From an uncultured Oscillospiraceae bacterium (GTDB taxonomy: Bacteria > Bacillota > Clostridia > Oscillospirales > Oscillospiraceae), in contig CANROF010000002.1 in the NCBI GenBank assembly GCA_947632155.1, forward strand, positions 9,892 through 73,891: a stretch of 64,000 nt of DNA. Direction: 5' to 3'. Made by a program: the position numbers and the translations under genes. This document shows positions 24,710-33,528 of this stretch, in pieces (the stretch's first letter is position 1; the number at the start of each line of letters is the position of its first letter). Under the pieces are notes generated by a model, which was not told the origin of the DNA, ran no database searches, and saw only the letters and a program-made list of their open reading frames with translations.

Positions 24710-26566
24710 TCAGGCGTCCTCTCCGCCCGTCCCGTCTCCGCCGGGGGCGGCCTCGCCGGAATCGCCGGATGCGTCGCCGCCCTCCGCCGGGGCGTCGCTT
24801 TCAGCGGGATTCTCGCTCTCGGTGGGATTCTCATCCTCAGTGGGATTCTCGCTCTCGGTGGGAGTCTCATCCTCAGCGGGATTCTCGCCCTCGGCGGGAG
24901 TCTCACCCTCAACGGGAGTCTCACTCTCGGCGGGAGTCTCACCCTCAACGGGAGTCTCACCCTCGGCGGGAGTCTCACCCTCAACGGGAGTCTCGCCCTC
25001 AGTGGGAGTCTCACCCTCGGCGGGATTCTCACCCTCGGCGGGAGTCTCACCCTCAGTGGGAGTCTCACCCTCAGTGGGAGTCTCACCCTCGGCGGGATTC
25101 TCACCCTCGGCGGGAGTCTCACCTTCACCGGGGGCCTCCCCCTCACCGGGAGTTTCGCTCTCGCCGGGGTCGGGCTGCGGCTCCGGCTCCGGTTCAGGCT
25201 CGGGTTCAGGCTCAGGCTCCGGCGGGACGTAGGCGCCCCAGGAGGCGTTGCCGCGCCTCACGCCGCTGGTGGCGTAGAGGTTCCCGCTGCCGTCCCGGGT
25301 AAGGATGTCAAGGTTCGCCACGGTCAGGTCCTCGTTAAAGGGGTTGATGGCCTCGTTGATCATCTCCAGCCACTGATTTACGTAGATCGTGACGTAGCTG
25401 CCGCCGTACACCGAGTCATAGTAGTTGGCGGGGAGGGTGTAAAAGTGGATGTTGTCGTAATTGAGCTTCAAAAGCTCCTTGGCAAACCAGGTACACTCGC
25501 CCAGATCCAGGCTCGTCCTCACGTCGTTCATGACGATGTCCACGATGGTGGAGATGGGCACGCTGTCGCGCTTATCCAATATCTGCTTGATGGCGGCGCC
25601 CAGGAAGTTCTGCTGGGCGTGGACACGGGCGATGTCGCCCTCCACGTACTGCCGGTAGCGCACATACTCCATAGCCTTCTGGCCGTCCATGTGCTGCATC
25701 CCGGCGGAGAAATGGATGTGGAGATTCTGGGCCGGGTCGTCGTAGCTCATGTTCCGGGGGACCTCAAAGTCCACACCGCCGATGGCGTCGATGAGCTCCA
25801 TAAAGGCGCTGATGTTCACGATGCCGTAAAAATCCGGCTGGAAGCCCAGGACGTTGGCGTAGGCCTGGAGGAAGCTGGAGTCGTCCTTGCTGCTGTAGAG
25901 GTAGTTATAGAGGGAATTTATCTTCTTGACGCTCCAGGATACATTCACCAGGGTATCCCGGGGGATGTTCACGATATTGAGGCTCCCGTCGTTCACGTCG
26001 AGGCGCGCGATCATGATGGTGTCCGTGTTGCCGGAGATCTTGTCCGTGGCCAGGGCCAAAAACGTGTATACGCCCTCGCGTCTTGTGTAATTCGTGGGGG
26101 GCTCGGTATCCACCACCAGGTCCGGGTCCTCGGGGGGCTCCTCCGGGGGCTCCGGGGTATCGGGCGTGTCGGGCACGTCGGGCGTATCGGGTCTGTCCGG
26201 GGGCGTTTCGGGCTCTACGGGCGTCTGCGGGACGGGGTCCACGTTTTGGCTGGGGATATTGGGGGTCACCACCACCGGGGGCGGCTTCACCTGGGTCTTG
26301 ATGAACACCAGCACCGCCGCGGCGATGGCTATGAGCACTGCAAGGACGACGATCACGATCTTCCATGTCCTTGTGAGCTTTACGCCCCGGACGCGCCTTA
26401 TAAGCTTTTGCACAGGTCCGGTCTTTTCCTCCGCGGCGGGCGCGGCGGGCTTTTCCTCCCCGGCGGCCTCCGCGGGGCTCTCCCCGCCCTCCGGGGCGGC
26501 TTCAACGCCTGTCTCGCCGGCCTTTTCCGAATGCTTTGGCTCCTTCGAGCTTCCGAAAAATTTCAT
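24710..26566 (-). CDS. LCP family protein with long acidic ETPxEG-repeat C-terminal tail
   Basis: Paralogue of the downstream LCP gene (FLALATDKISGNTDTIMIARLD..IVNIPRDT). The C-terminus carries (PE)n plus about 20 hexapeptide repeats. Confidence 0.85.
   Translation of the reverse strand: MKFFGSSKEPKHSEKAGETGVEAAPEGGESPAEAAGEEKPAAPAAEEKTGPVQKLIRRVRGVKLTRTWKIVIVVLAVLIAIAAAVLVFIKTQVKPPPVVVTPNIPSQNVDPVPQTPVEPETPPDRPDTPDVPDTPDTPEPPEEPPEDPDLVVDTEPPTNYTRREGVYTFLALATDKISGNTDTIMIARLDVNDGSLNIVNIPRDTLVNVSWSVKKINSLYNYLYSSKDDSSFLQAYANVLGFQPDFYGIVNISAFMELIDAIGGVDFEVPRNMSYDDPAQNLHIHFSAGMQHMDGQKAMEYVRYRQYVEGDIARVHAQQNFLGAAIKQILDKRDSVPISTIVDIVMNDVRTSLDLGECTWFAKELLKLNYDNIHFYTLPANYYDSVYGGSYVTIYVNQWLEMINEAINPFNEDLTVANLDILTRDGSGNLYATSGVRRGNASWGAYVPPEPEPEPEPEPEPEPQPDPGESETPGEGEAPGEGETPAEGENPAEGETPTEGETPTEGETPAEGENPAEGETPTEGETPVEGETPAEGETPVEGETPAESETPVEGETPAEGENPAEDETPTESENPTEDENPTESENPAESDAPAEGGDASGDSGEAAPGGDGTGGEDA
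24790..25225. repeat. in-frame 18-nt tandem repeats (ETPxEG hexapeptides) plus a (PE)n tract inside the LCP gene
   Basis: GGGAGTCTCACCCTC(A/G)(A/G/C)(C/T)-type units are visibly iterated about 20 times. Confidence 0.9.
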
Positions 26567-26575
26567 CTTGCAGTC

Positions 26576-27736
26576 TTATCCTTTCGTGATATAAGCCAGC
26601 GCCCCAAGGGTCCGCGCGTGGGGCACGATGCCCCGGGAGCGCATGTCCTCGATGCTCATGGTAAATCCCATCTCCAGCGCCCTGTCCAGATCCTCATAGG
26701 CAAGGCGCCTTAGCTTCTCCACCCCGTCAAAATCCCTGTTGGGCTCGATATAATCGGCCATGTATATCACCTTTTCCAGGAGGCTCATGTCCTCCTTGCC
26801 GGTGGTGTGCCAGAAGATAGCGCCGTAAATCTCGTCGTCGCAGCCGAACTCGTACTTCGCGATGCCGGCGCCGGTCTTGGAATGCAGGAGCTTTCCCTCG
26901 CACCGCTCCACCTCGTCCAGCTCTATGCCGTACTTCTGGCAAAGGCGGAGCTGCTCCGGCAGCTTCTCCTTTTTTGTTATGTCGTGGAGGATAGCGGCCT
27001 CCCGGGCGCGCTCCACGTCGGCGCCCCAGCGCCGGGCAAGGCGCACGGCCTCCTCCTCGCAGCCCTTTACGTGGGCCACGCGCTTGGGCTCCAGCATGGC
27101 GTAGGCCCGCTCCCGGAGCCACGCAAGGTCTGGTCTGGCGCCGTACCAGCGGCGCTTTACGATCTCGGCGTAGACGGCCTCCGGCAGGAATTCTCGCCCG
27201 CCGCGCCCGGGCAGGAGCTTCCGGATGTCCGTTGAGGAAGCCTCTCTTACCTGGATGTCCAGCACCTGGACGGAGGCGTTGTAGAGCTCCCGGAGCCGCG
27301 CCGCGGCCTTGCTCACCGCCGGCAATTCCCCGGGCCCCCGGCAGAATACGGCCAGCGTCGCCATTTTCAGTATCTCCCGAAAATCCCGCCACTGTTCAAA
27401 GCACAGGAGCATATCGGTGCCCATCAGCAGGTACAGCCTGTCCTCCGGGTGATCCTCCCGGACGTGCCGCAGCGTCTCCACGGTGTAGCTGCGGCCGCCC
27501 CGGCGTATCTCCATGTCCGATACCCTGGCGTGCTTCACCCCGGCAAAGGCCAGGCGCGCCATCTTGAGCCTCGCCTCGTCGTCGGGCGAGCCCTCCGGCA
27601 GCTCCTTGTGGGGCGGCAGGGCGTCAGGTATTATAAGGAGCCTCCCCAATCCCAGGGCCTTCACCGCCTGGGCCGCCGCGTCCACGTGGCCCAGGTGCGG
27701 GGGGTTGAAGGTCCCGCCGAATATCCCTGTCTTCAT
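26576..27736 (-). CDS. nadD: fused nicotinate-nucleotide adenylyltransferase NadD / HD-domain phosphohydrolase YqeK
   Basis: N-terminal GIFGGTFNPPHLGH (NadD). C-terminal ILHDITK..FWHTTGK..MADYIEPNR (YqeK-type HD). Single 386-aa ORF. Confidence 0.88.
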   Translation of the reverse strand: MKTGIFGGTFNPPHLGHVDAAAQAVKALGLGRLLIIPDALPPHKELPEGSPDDEARLKMARLAFAGVKHARVSDMEIRRGGRSYTVETLRHVREDHPEDRLYLLMGTDMLLCFEQWRDFREILKMATLAVFCRGPGELPAVSKAAARLRELYNASVQVLDIQVREASSTDIRKLLPGRGGREFLPEAVYAEIVKRRWYGARPDLAWLRERAYAMLEPKRVAHVKGCEEEAVRLARRWGADVERAREAAILHDITKKEKLPEQLRLCQKYGIELDEVERCEGKLLHSKTGAGIAKYEFGCDDEIYGAIFWHTTGKEDMSLLEKVIYMADYIEPNRDFDGVEKLRRLAYEDLDRALEMGFTMSIEDMRSRGIVPHARTLGALAYITKG

Positions 27737-27743
27737 ATCATCC

Positions 27744-28046
27744 CTACTTTATTAGTATTATCCGTTTCTCCTCCGGCAGATCCCTGTTTTCCCTGTAGAG
27801 GACGAATTTTGAGCCGATGGCCTGGACGCCCTGGGCCCCCGTGCGGCGGGCAAGCTCGTCGCAGGCCTCCCGGGCCGTCAGCAGCGACGACTCCAGCACC
27901 CGGCCCTTTATGAGCTCCCGGGTGTGAAGGGCGTTTTCCGCCTCCGCGGCCACGTTCTCCGTGACGCCGCCCTTGCCCACGATCAAAACGGGCTCCAGGG
28001 AGTTGGCAAGTCCCCGAAGGTACGCCCTCTGCTTGCTTGTCAGCAT
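27744..28046 (-). CDS. yhbY: YhbY/CRS1 family RNA-binding ribosome assembly protein
   Basis: 100 aa: LTSKQRAYLRGLANSLEPVLIVGKGGVTENV. Confidence 0.9.
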   Translation of the reverse strand: MLTSKQRAYLRGLANSLEPVLIVGKGGVTENVAAEAENALHTRELIKGRVLESSLLTAREACDELARRTGAQGVQAIGSKFVLYRENRDLPEEKRIILIK

Positions 28047-28051
28047 ATATT

Positions 28052-28654
28052 CTACTCCTTTGTCTCTCCGTTTTCCATATATTCAGACAATTTTTTCGCG
28101 AATTTCCGAAAAGCCTGCCCGCGGTGGGAAATGGCGTTCTTCTCCTCGTCCGTCAGGCACGCCATGGAGCGTCCCATCCCCTTGGGGATGAAGATGGGGT
28201 CGTAGCCAAAGCCGTTCTCCCCCTCGTACTGAAGGCCGATGGAGCCCTCCAGCACCCCCTCGCAGGAAATCTCGCCGCCGTCCGGCATGGCGCAGACAAC
28301 GGCGCAGACGAAGCGGGCGGAGCGGTCGTCGGAGCAGTTGACGATCTTTATGATTTTCTGGCAAGTCTCCTCATATGTGCTGTCCCCGCAGTAGCGGGAG
28401 GAGTACACCCCGGGCCCGCCGCCCATGGCGTCGATCTCGATGCCGGAGTCGTCGGCCACGCAGGGCTCCCCCGTGGCCTCCATGGCGGCCCGGGCCTTTA
28501 TCCGCGCGTTTTCAAGGAAGGTGGCGCCCGTCTCCTCCGCCTCAAAGTGACAGCCGGCCTCGCTCTGGGATACCACCTCAAAGCCCAGGGGCGTCAGGAT
28601 CTCCCGTATCTCCCGGAGCTTGTCCGGATTGTTGGAGGCAAGTATGATCCTCAT
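28052..28654 (-). CDS. rdgB: XTP/dITP diphosphatase (non-canonical purine NTP pyrophosphatase)
   Basis: IILASNNPDKLREI and GENGFGYDPIF motifs. Confidence 0.92.
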   Translation of the reverse strand: MRIILASNNPDKLREIREILTPLGFEVVSQSEAGCHFEAEETGATFLENARIKARAAMEATGEPCVADDSGIEIDAMGGGPGVYSSRYCGDSTYEETCQKIIKIVNCSDDRSARFVCAVVCAMPDGGEISCEGVLEGSIGLQYEGENGFGYDPIFIPKGMGRSMACLTDEEKNAISHRGQAFRKFAKKLSEYMENGETKE

Positions 28655-29556
28655 GACAGCAGCGCCTCCGCGAATTCCTCCGGGTCAAAGGGGATGAGGT
28701 CGTCGGCCTGCTCGCCCACGCCCACGTACTTCACCGGTACGCCCAGGCGCGTGGTGATGGCGAAGACGATGCCGCCCTTGGCCGTGCCGTCCAGCTTCGT
28801 GAGGACTATCCCCGTGAGCCCGGCGGACCTTTTGAATTCCTCCGCCTGCATAAGGCCGTTCTGGCCCGTGGTGGCGTCCAGCACCAAAAGCGTCTCCCGG
28901 TCCGCGCCGGGCAGCTCCCGGTCGATGACGCGGCTTATTTTATTGAGCTCGTTCATGAGATTCGACTTGTTGTGGAGCCTCCCGGCGGTGTCCACGATGA
29001 TGACGTCCGCGCCCCGGGCCTTTGCCGCCGAGATGGCGTCGAACACCACGGCGGCGGGGTCGGAGCCCTCCTCATGGCGCACAAAGTCCGCGCCGGAGCG
29101 CTGCGCCCAGATGCCAAGCTGCTCCGCGGCGGCGGCCCGGAAGGTGTCCCCGGCGGCCAGGAGGACCCTTTTGCCCTCCCGGCCCAAGGCCATAGCCAGC
29201 TTTCCGATGGTGGTGGTCTTGCCAACGCCGTTGACGCCCACCACCAAAATGACGGAGGGCTTTGTGGTGAGCTTTAAGCTCTCCGGCTCCCCCAGCATCC
29301 CGGTGAGGATCTCCCTCAGCGCCCCGCGGACCTCGTCTCCGCCGCGGAGGCCCCGGGCCTTCACCACGTCCCGGAGCTCCTCCACCGCGTCCATGGACGC
29401 CTGGGCCCCCACGTCGGACAGAATAAGAAGCTCCTCCAGCTCCTCAAAAAACTCCTCGTTCTCCCCGGTAAAGGAGGCGATGGTGGAGTTTAATTTGTTG
29501 GTCATGTTCTGCTTAGTGCGCGAAAGCCCCTCTTTGATCTTATTGAAAAAACCCAT
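28651..29556 (-). CDS. ftsY: signal recognition particle receptor FtsY
   Basis: NG domain: VVGVNGVGKTTTIGKLA, DTAGRL, TKLDGTAKGG. ATGA overlap with rdgB. Confidence 0.95.
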   Translation of the reverse strand: MGFFNKIKEGLSRTKQNMTNKLNSTIASFTGENEEFFEELEELLILSDVGAQASMDAVEELRDVVKARGLRGGDEVRGALREILTGMLGEPESLKLTTKPSVILVVGVNGVGKTTTIGKLAMALGREGKRVLLAAGDTFRAAAAEQLGIWAQRSGADFVRHEEGSDPAAVVFDAISAAKARGADVIIVDTAGRLHNKSNLMNELNKISRVIDRELPGADRETLLVLDATTGQNGLMQAEEFKRSAGLTGIVLTKLDGTAKGGIVFAITTRLGVPVKYVGVGEQADDLIPFDPEEFAEALLS

Positions 29557-29573
29557 ATGCTATATGATACCTC

Positions 29574-32500
29574 CTATTTGCCGACGGATTTCTCCGCCTC
29601 GGCAAGGTCGATGACCAGCACCTTGGAGACGCCCTGCTCCTGCATGGTGACGCCGTAGAGCACGTCCGCCTCCTCCATGGTGCCGCGCCGGTGGGTGATG
29701 GTGAGAAACTGCGTCCTCTCCGTGAGGCCCCGCATGTACTCCGCCACACGGATGACGTTGGCGTCGTCCAGGGCCGCCTCGATCTCGTCCATCACCACGA
29801 AGGGCGTGGGGCGGACCTTCAAAATGGCAAAATAGAGCGCTATGGCCACGAAAGCCTTCTCCCCGCCGGAGAGGAGCGTTATGGTCTTCAGCGTCTTGCC
29901 CGGGGGCTGGACGCGGATCTCGATGCCGGAGCCCAGCACATCCTCCGGGTCCTCCAGGGAGACGCTGGCCCTGCCGCCGCCGAAGAGCTCCAAGAAGGTC
30001 TGCTGGAAGCCCGCGTTTATCCGCTCCAGCTCCTCCCGGAATATCGTCTCCATCCGGCCGGTTATATCGCCTATTATGCCCAAAAGCTCCCGGCGGGATT
30101 TCTCGATGTCGTCCCGCTGGCCTGTGAGATACGTGTAGCGGGCGTTGACGCGCTCAAATTCCTCGATAGCGCCCAAATTCGGCGTCCCCAGGGCGCTCAT
30201 CTCCCGCCGGAGCTCCCCGGTGCGGCGCTTGGCCTGGGGGACGCTGGGCAGCTCCAGCCGCTGCTCCATGGCGGCGGAGCGCGTCAGCTCGTAGGTGTCC
30301 CAGAGCTTGTCGATGATCTGCTTTTCCTCCAGCCCCGCGGCCTCCAGGCGGCTCTCCACCCGGGAGGCGCTGCGCTCCAAATCCAGAAGGGCGTTATTCT
30401 TGTCCTGCAAAAGCCGGTCGCTCCTTGAGCGCTCGGCCTCGATGGCCAGCTTCTCGTCGGAGATCCTGGCTATCTTCTCCCGGAGCGCCGCGGCCCCGTC
30501 CCGGAGGCGCCGGGCCTTCTCTTCCCGCTCCACCACCTGGGAATTGAGGTCCCCCAGGCGCTCCCGGAGCTCTTTTATGGCCCGCTCCTGGCTCTCGTCG
30601 TCGCCGCTGAGGCCCTCACGGAGCCGCGAAAGCTCCTCCGCGGACCTCTCCAAAGAGGCGGCCTCGGCGTCCAGCGACGCCCGCTTTTCCCGAAGCGCGG
30701 CCTCCCTGTCCTCCAGCTCCCGGCGGGCTGTCTCCAGCCTCTCCCGGCCGCCGGTCTGCTCGGTGACGGCCCTAGTGAGCTCGTCAAGCCGCTTCTCCAG
30801 CGTTCCGATCTCGTCCTGAAGCTCCTTGGCCCGCGCTCCGGCGTCGCCGCGGCGCGTGGATACGGCGGCCTTTTCGCGCTCAAGCTCCTCAAGCCGCGCC
30901 TCCAGGCCCCCGATGAGCGTGTCGAAGTGCTCGCCGGCGGCGGCCAGCTTCAGGACCTGGTCCTCCTTCTCCCGGAGCTCCCCGGAGGCCACGGACAGCT
31001 CATACTCCGCCGCGGTCAGGGCTCGCTTTATCTCCTCCGCCTCTCCCCTGGCGCGCTCCAGGCGCTCCGTGAGCCCGGCCTCCTTTTCGGTCAGGGCCTT
31101 CAGCTCGTTGGCCCGGGAGAGGATGCCCGTATTCTTCGACACACTGCCGCCGGTCATGCTGCCCCCGGCGTTGATGACCTGTCCGTCCAGGGTGACGATG
31201 CGGAAGCGGTGGTTATATTTCCTCGCGATCCGCACGGCGCTGTCCATGCCGTCCGCCACCGCCGTCCGGCCCAGGAGATTCAGAAAAATATCCCTGTACT
31301 GGGGGTCGAAAGACGCAAGCTCCGCCGCCACGCCCTCAAACCCGTCCTCGTTTTCAAGTCCCCGCTCAGAAAGCAGGCTTCCCCGGATGACGTTCATGGG
31401 CAGGAGCGTCACCCGGCCGGCGTCCAGGCGTTTTAAGTGGTTGATGACGTTCTTGCCGTCGCTGTCCGTGTCCACCACGATGTTCTGCACCGCCGCGCCC
31501 AGGGCCGTCTCCACCGCCAGGGCGTATTTTTCCCCGGCCTTGACGAGCTCCCCGGCGGGGCCGCGTATGCCCCGGAGGACGCCGCGCCCGGCGTCGCGCA
31601 TCACGGTCTTTACGGCCTTGGAGTAGCCCTCGTACTCCCGCTCCATATCGCTGAGCATCTGGCGGCGGGAGCGGACGGCGCCCAGCTCCATCTCCGCCTT
31701 CATCCGGGCGTCTCCGGCCCGCTCGGAGCGGCCGCGCAGGCCCTCGGCGCGCATGGCGTAGCCCTTGCAGACGTTTTGAAGCGACTGGGCCTCCTCCCGG
31801 GCGGCCTCCAGGCCGCGGGCGTTGTCCCCGGCGCCGGCCCGGGCCTCACGGAGCTTTTCGCTCTGGGCCTGGGCCTCGGCGTCTACCGCCTTCGCCCGCT
31901 CCGTAAGCTCCGCGTCCGAGGCCGTGAGGGCCCCCAGCTCCACCCGGTCCCGGGACAGCCTGTCGGACAGCTCCGCGCTCTCCCGGGTGAGCTTCCCGGC
32001 GTTCTCGTCAAAGACGCCCTCGCTCCGGAAAAGCTCCTCCATGTGGGCGCGAATGTCCTCCTGCTCCCGGCCTATGCCGTCCTTCTCGCCGTCTATGGCC
32101 CGCAGGCGCTCCCAGTACTGCTCTATCTGCTCCTGGATGCTCCGGCTCTGGCCCCGGCGGCGCTCCAGCTCCTCGTTTATGCGCTCTATGTTCTCCTGGG
32201 TGTGCTTAATGTTGGCCTCCAGTACGGCCGTCTCCGCCTCCTGCTGGGAGACGGCGGCGTCGGCCCGGGATACCTCCTCCCGGACGGCCTCGGCCTCCAG
32301 GTCCTTGTCCCGCATTCTCTGGGCGAATTCCTCCCCGGCGGAATAGAGCCGCTGCAGCTCGTCCCGGGCCCGCTCCAGTTCCCCGGCGCAGCTTATGGAC
32401 TCCTCCCGGAGCTCTTTCACGCGCTGGGCGATGTTCTCAAGGTCCGTGAGCCAAAGGGAGATCTCCAGTCCCCGGAGCTCGTCCCGGAGGATGAGGTACT

Positions 32501-33140
32501 TTTTCGCCGTCTCCGACTGGCGGCGCAGGGGCTCCACCTGGAGCTCCAGCTCGCCGATCTTGTCGTTGACCCGGGTCAGGTCCTCCTCCGCCCGCTCAAG
32601 CTTGCGCTCGGACTCCTCCTTGCGGTGGCGGAAGCGGGAGATGCCCGCCGCCTCCTCGAAGATCTCCCGCCTGTCGGTGCTCTTGGCGGAGAGGATGGAA
32701 TCTATTTTCCCCTGGCCGATGATGGAGTACCCGTCGCGCCCGAGGCCCGTGTCCATGAAGAGCTCGTTTATGTCCTTTAAGCGGACGGGCTTTTTGTTTA
32801 TGTAGTATTCGCTCTCCCCGGAGCGGTAGTAGCGGCGGGTGACCTGCACCTCGTCCAGGTCCTCCGAAAGACGCCTGTCGGTGTTGTCCAGGGTCAGCGA
32901 CACCTCGGCGTAGCCCACCTGGCCGCGCCTCTCCGTGCCGCCGAAGATGACGTCCTCCATCTTCCCGCCCCGGAGGGCCCGGGTGGACTGCTCCCCCATC
33001 ACCCACTGGATGGCGTCGGCGATATTGGATTTTCCGCTCCCGTTGGGCCCGACGATGGCCGTCAGGGGCTTATCGAAGGTGAGGACGGTCCTCTCGGGGA
33101 AGGACTTGAAGCCCTTCAACTCCAGCGCTTTGAAATACAA
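29574..33140 (-). CDS. smc: chromosome segregation protein SMC
   Basis: 1188 aa with a TTG start. Walker A GPNGSGKSN, long coiled coils, a hinge, signature LSGGEKA and Walker B FVVMDEIEAALD. Confidence 0.96.
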   Translation of the reverse strand: MYFKALELKGFKSFPERTVLTFDKPLTAIVGPNGSGKSNIADAIQWVMGEQSTRALRGGKMEDVIFGGTERRGQVGYAEVSLTLDNTDRRLSEDLDEVQVTRRYYRSGESEYYINKKPVRLKDINELFMDTGLGRDGYSIIGQGKIDSILSAKSTDRREIFEEAAGISRFRHRKEESERKLERAEEDLTRVNDKIGELELQVEPLRRQSETAKKYLILRDELRGLEISLWLTDLENIAQRVKELREESISCAGELERARDELQRLYSAGEEFAQRMRDKDLEAEAVREEVSRADAAVSQQEAETAVLEANIKHTQENIERINEELERRRGQSRSIQEQIEQYWERLRAIDGEKDGIGREQEDIRAHMEELFRSEGVFDENAGKLTRESAELSDRLSRDRVELGALTASDAELTERAKAVDAEAQAQSEKLREARAGAGDNARGLEAAREEAQSLQNVCKGYAMRAEGLRGRSERAGDARMKAEMELGAVRSRRQMLSDMEREYEGYSKAVKTVMRDAGRGVLRGIRGPAGELVKAGEKYALAVETALGAAVQNIVVDTDSDGKNVINHLKRLDAGRVTLLPMNVIRGSLLSERGLENEDGFEGVAAELASFDPQYRDIFLNLLGRTAVADGMDSAVRIARKYNHRFRIVTLDGQVINAGGSMTGGSVSKNTGILSRANELKALTEKEAGLTERLERARGEAEEIKRALTAAEYELSVASGELREKEDQVLKLAAAGEHFDTLIGGLEARLEELEREKAAVSTRRGDAGARAKELQDEIGTLEKRLDELTRAVTEQTGGRERLETARRELEDREAALREKRASLDAEAASLERSAEELSRLREGLSGDDESQERAIKELRERLGDLNSQVVEREEKARRLRDGAAALREKIARISDEKLAIEAERSRSDRLLQDKNNALLDLERSASRVESRLEAAGLEEKQIIDKLWDTYELTRSAAMEQRLELPSVPQAKRRTGELRREMSALGTPNLGAIEEFERVNARYTYLTGQRDDIEKSRRELLGIIGDITGRMETIFREELERINAGFQQTFLELFGGGRASVSLEDPEDVLGSGIEIRVQPPGKTLKTITLLSGGEKAFVAIALYFAILKVRPTPFVVMDEIEAALDDANVIRVAEYMRGLTERTQFLTITHRRGTMEEADVLYGVTMQEQGVSKVLVIDLAEAEKSVGK

Positions 33141-33289
33141 ATGACGACACTCCCAATTATTGCTTCAAGCAACAGTCTTCCAGTCTAAAATAGAAGTATA
33201 CCTCTAACGGCAAAAGATTGCAATGAACAAATTATTAAAATAAATGACAAATCCCCCCGATTTTCTCGGAGGGATATATATAACTTAAC

Positions 33290-33476
33290 TGGCTCGAAAG
33301 CCCGCTGGGCTTTCGATGCCAAGGGGAACGTGCGGAAACCCTCTCTCGAATTCTGCGGAATTCGAGAGAGGGTTTCCTGCTGTTTTGCTCCGCGCACGGC
33401 CCGCAGGGCCGAACACTCCGCAAAACAAAAGGGATTTTTCGCGAGGCAGAGCCCCGCGAAAAATATTGAATTTGAG
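33290..33476 (+). repeat. family-C modular intergenic repeat, copy 1 (four hairpin modules joined by conserved linkers)
   Basis: Linkers CAAGGGGAACGTGCGG, CCTGCTGT, ACAAAAGGGATTTTT and AAAAATATTGAATTTGAG are shared with copies 2 and 3. Perfect 17-bp hairpin at 33336-33376. Confidence 0.8.
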
Positions 33477-33528
33477 TTTTCCAATCCTAAATTCTCCTCG
33501 AGTATCACGGGACGATCGCTAAAGGGGG

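Noticed and set aside
24790-25225. Regularly spaced short repeats that might be a CRISPR array (also 60140-60420)
   Set aside because: The units are 18-36 nt, directly abutting with no unique spacers, in frame within long ORFs, and encode peptide repeats. No cas genes are present.
24677-26713. 678-aa plus-strand ORF with GSLTL repeats
   Set aside because: It lies antisense to the LCP gene. Its repeats are simply the reverse-frame reading of the ETPxEG coding repeats.
33336-33376. Paired EcoRI sites (GAATTC) in family-C hairpins as a hint of restriction-modification biology
   Set aside because: The sites are just the conserved apex of hairpin H2. One copy has GAATTT/AAATTC instead, and no R-M genes are in the window.
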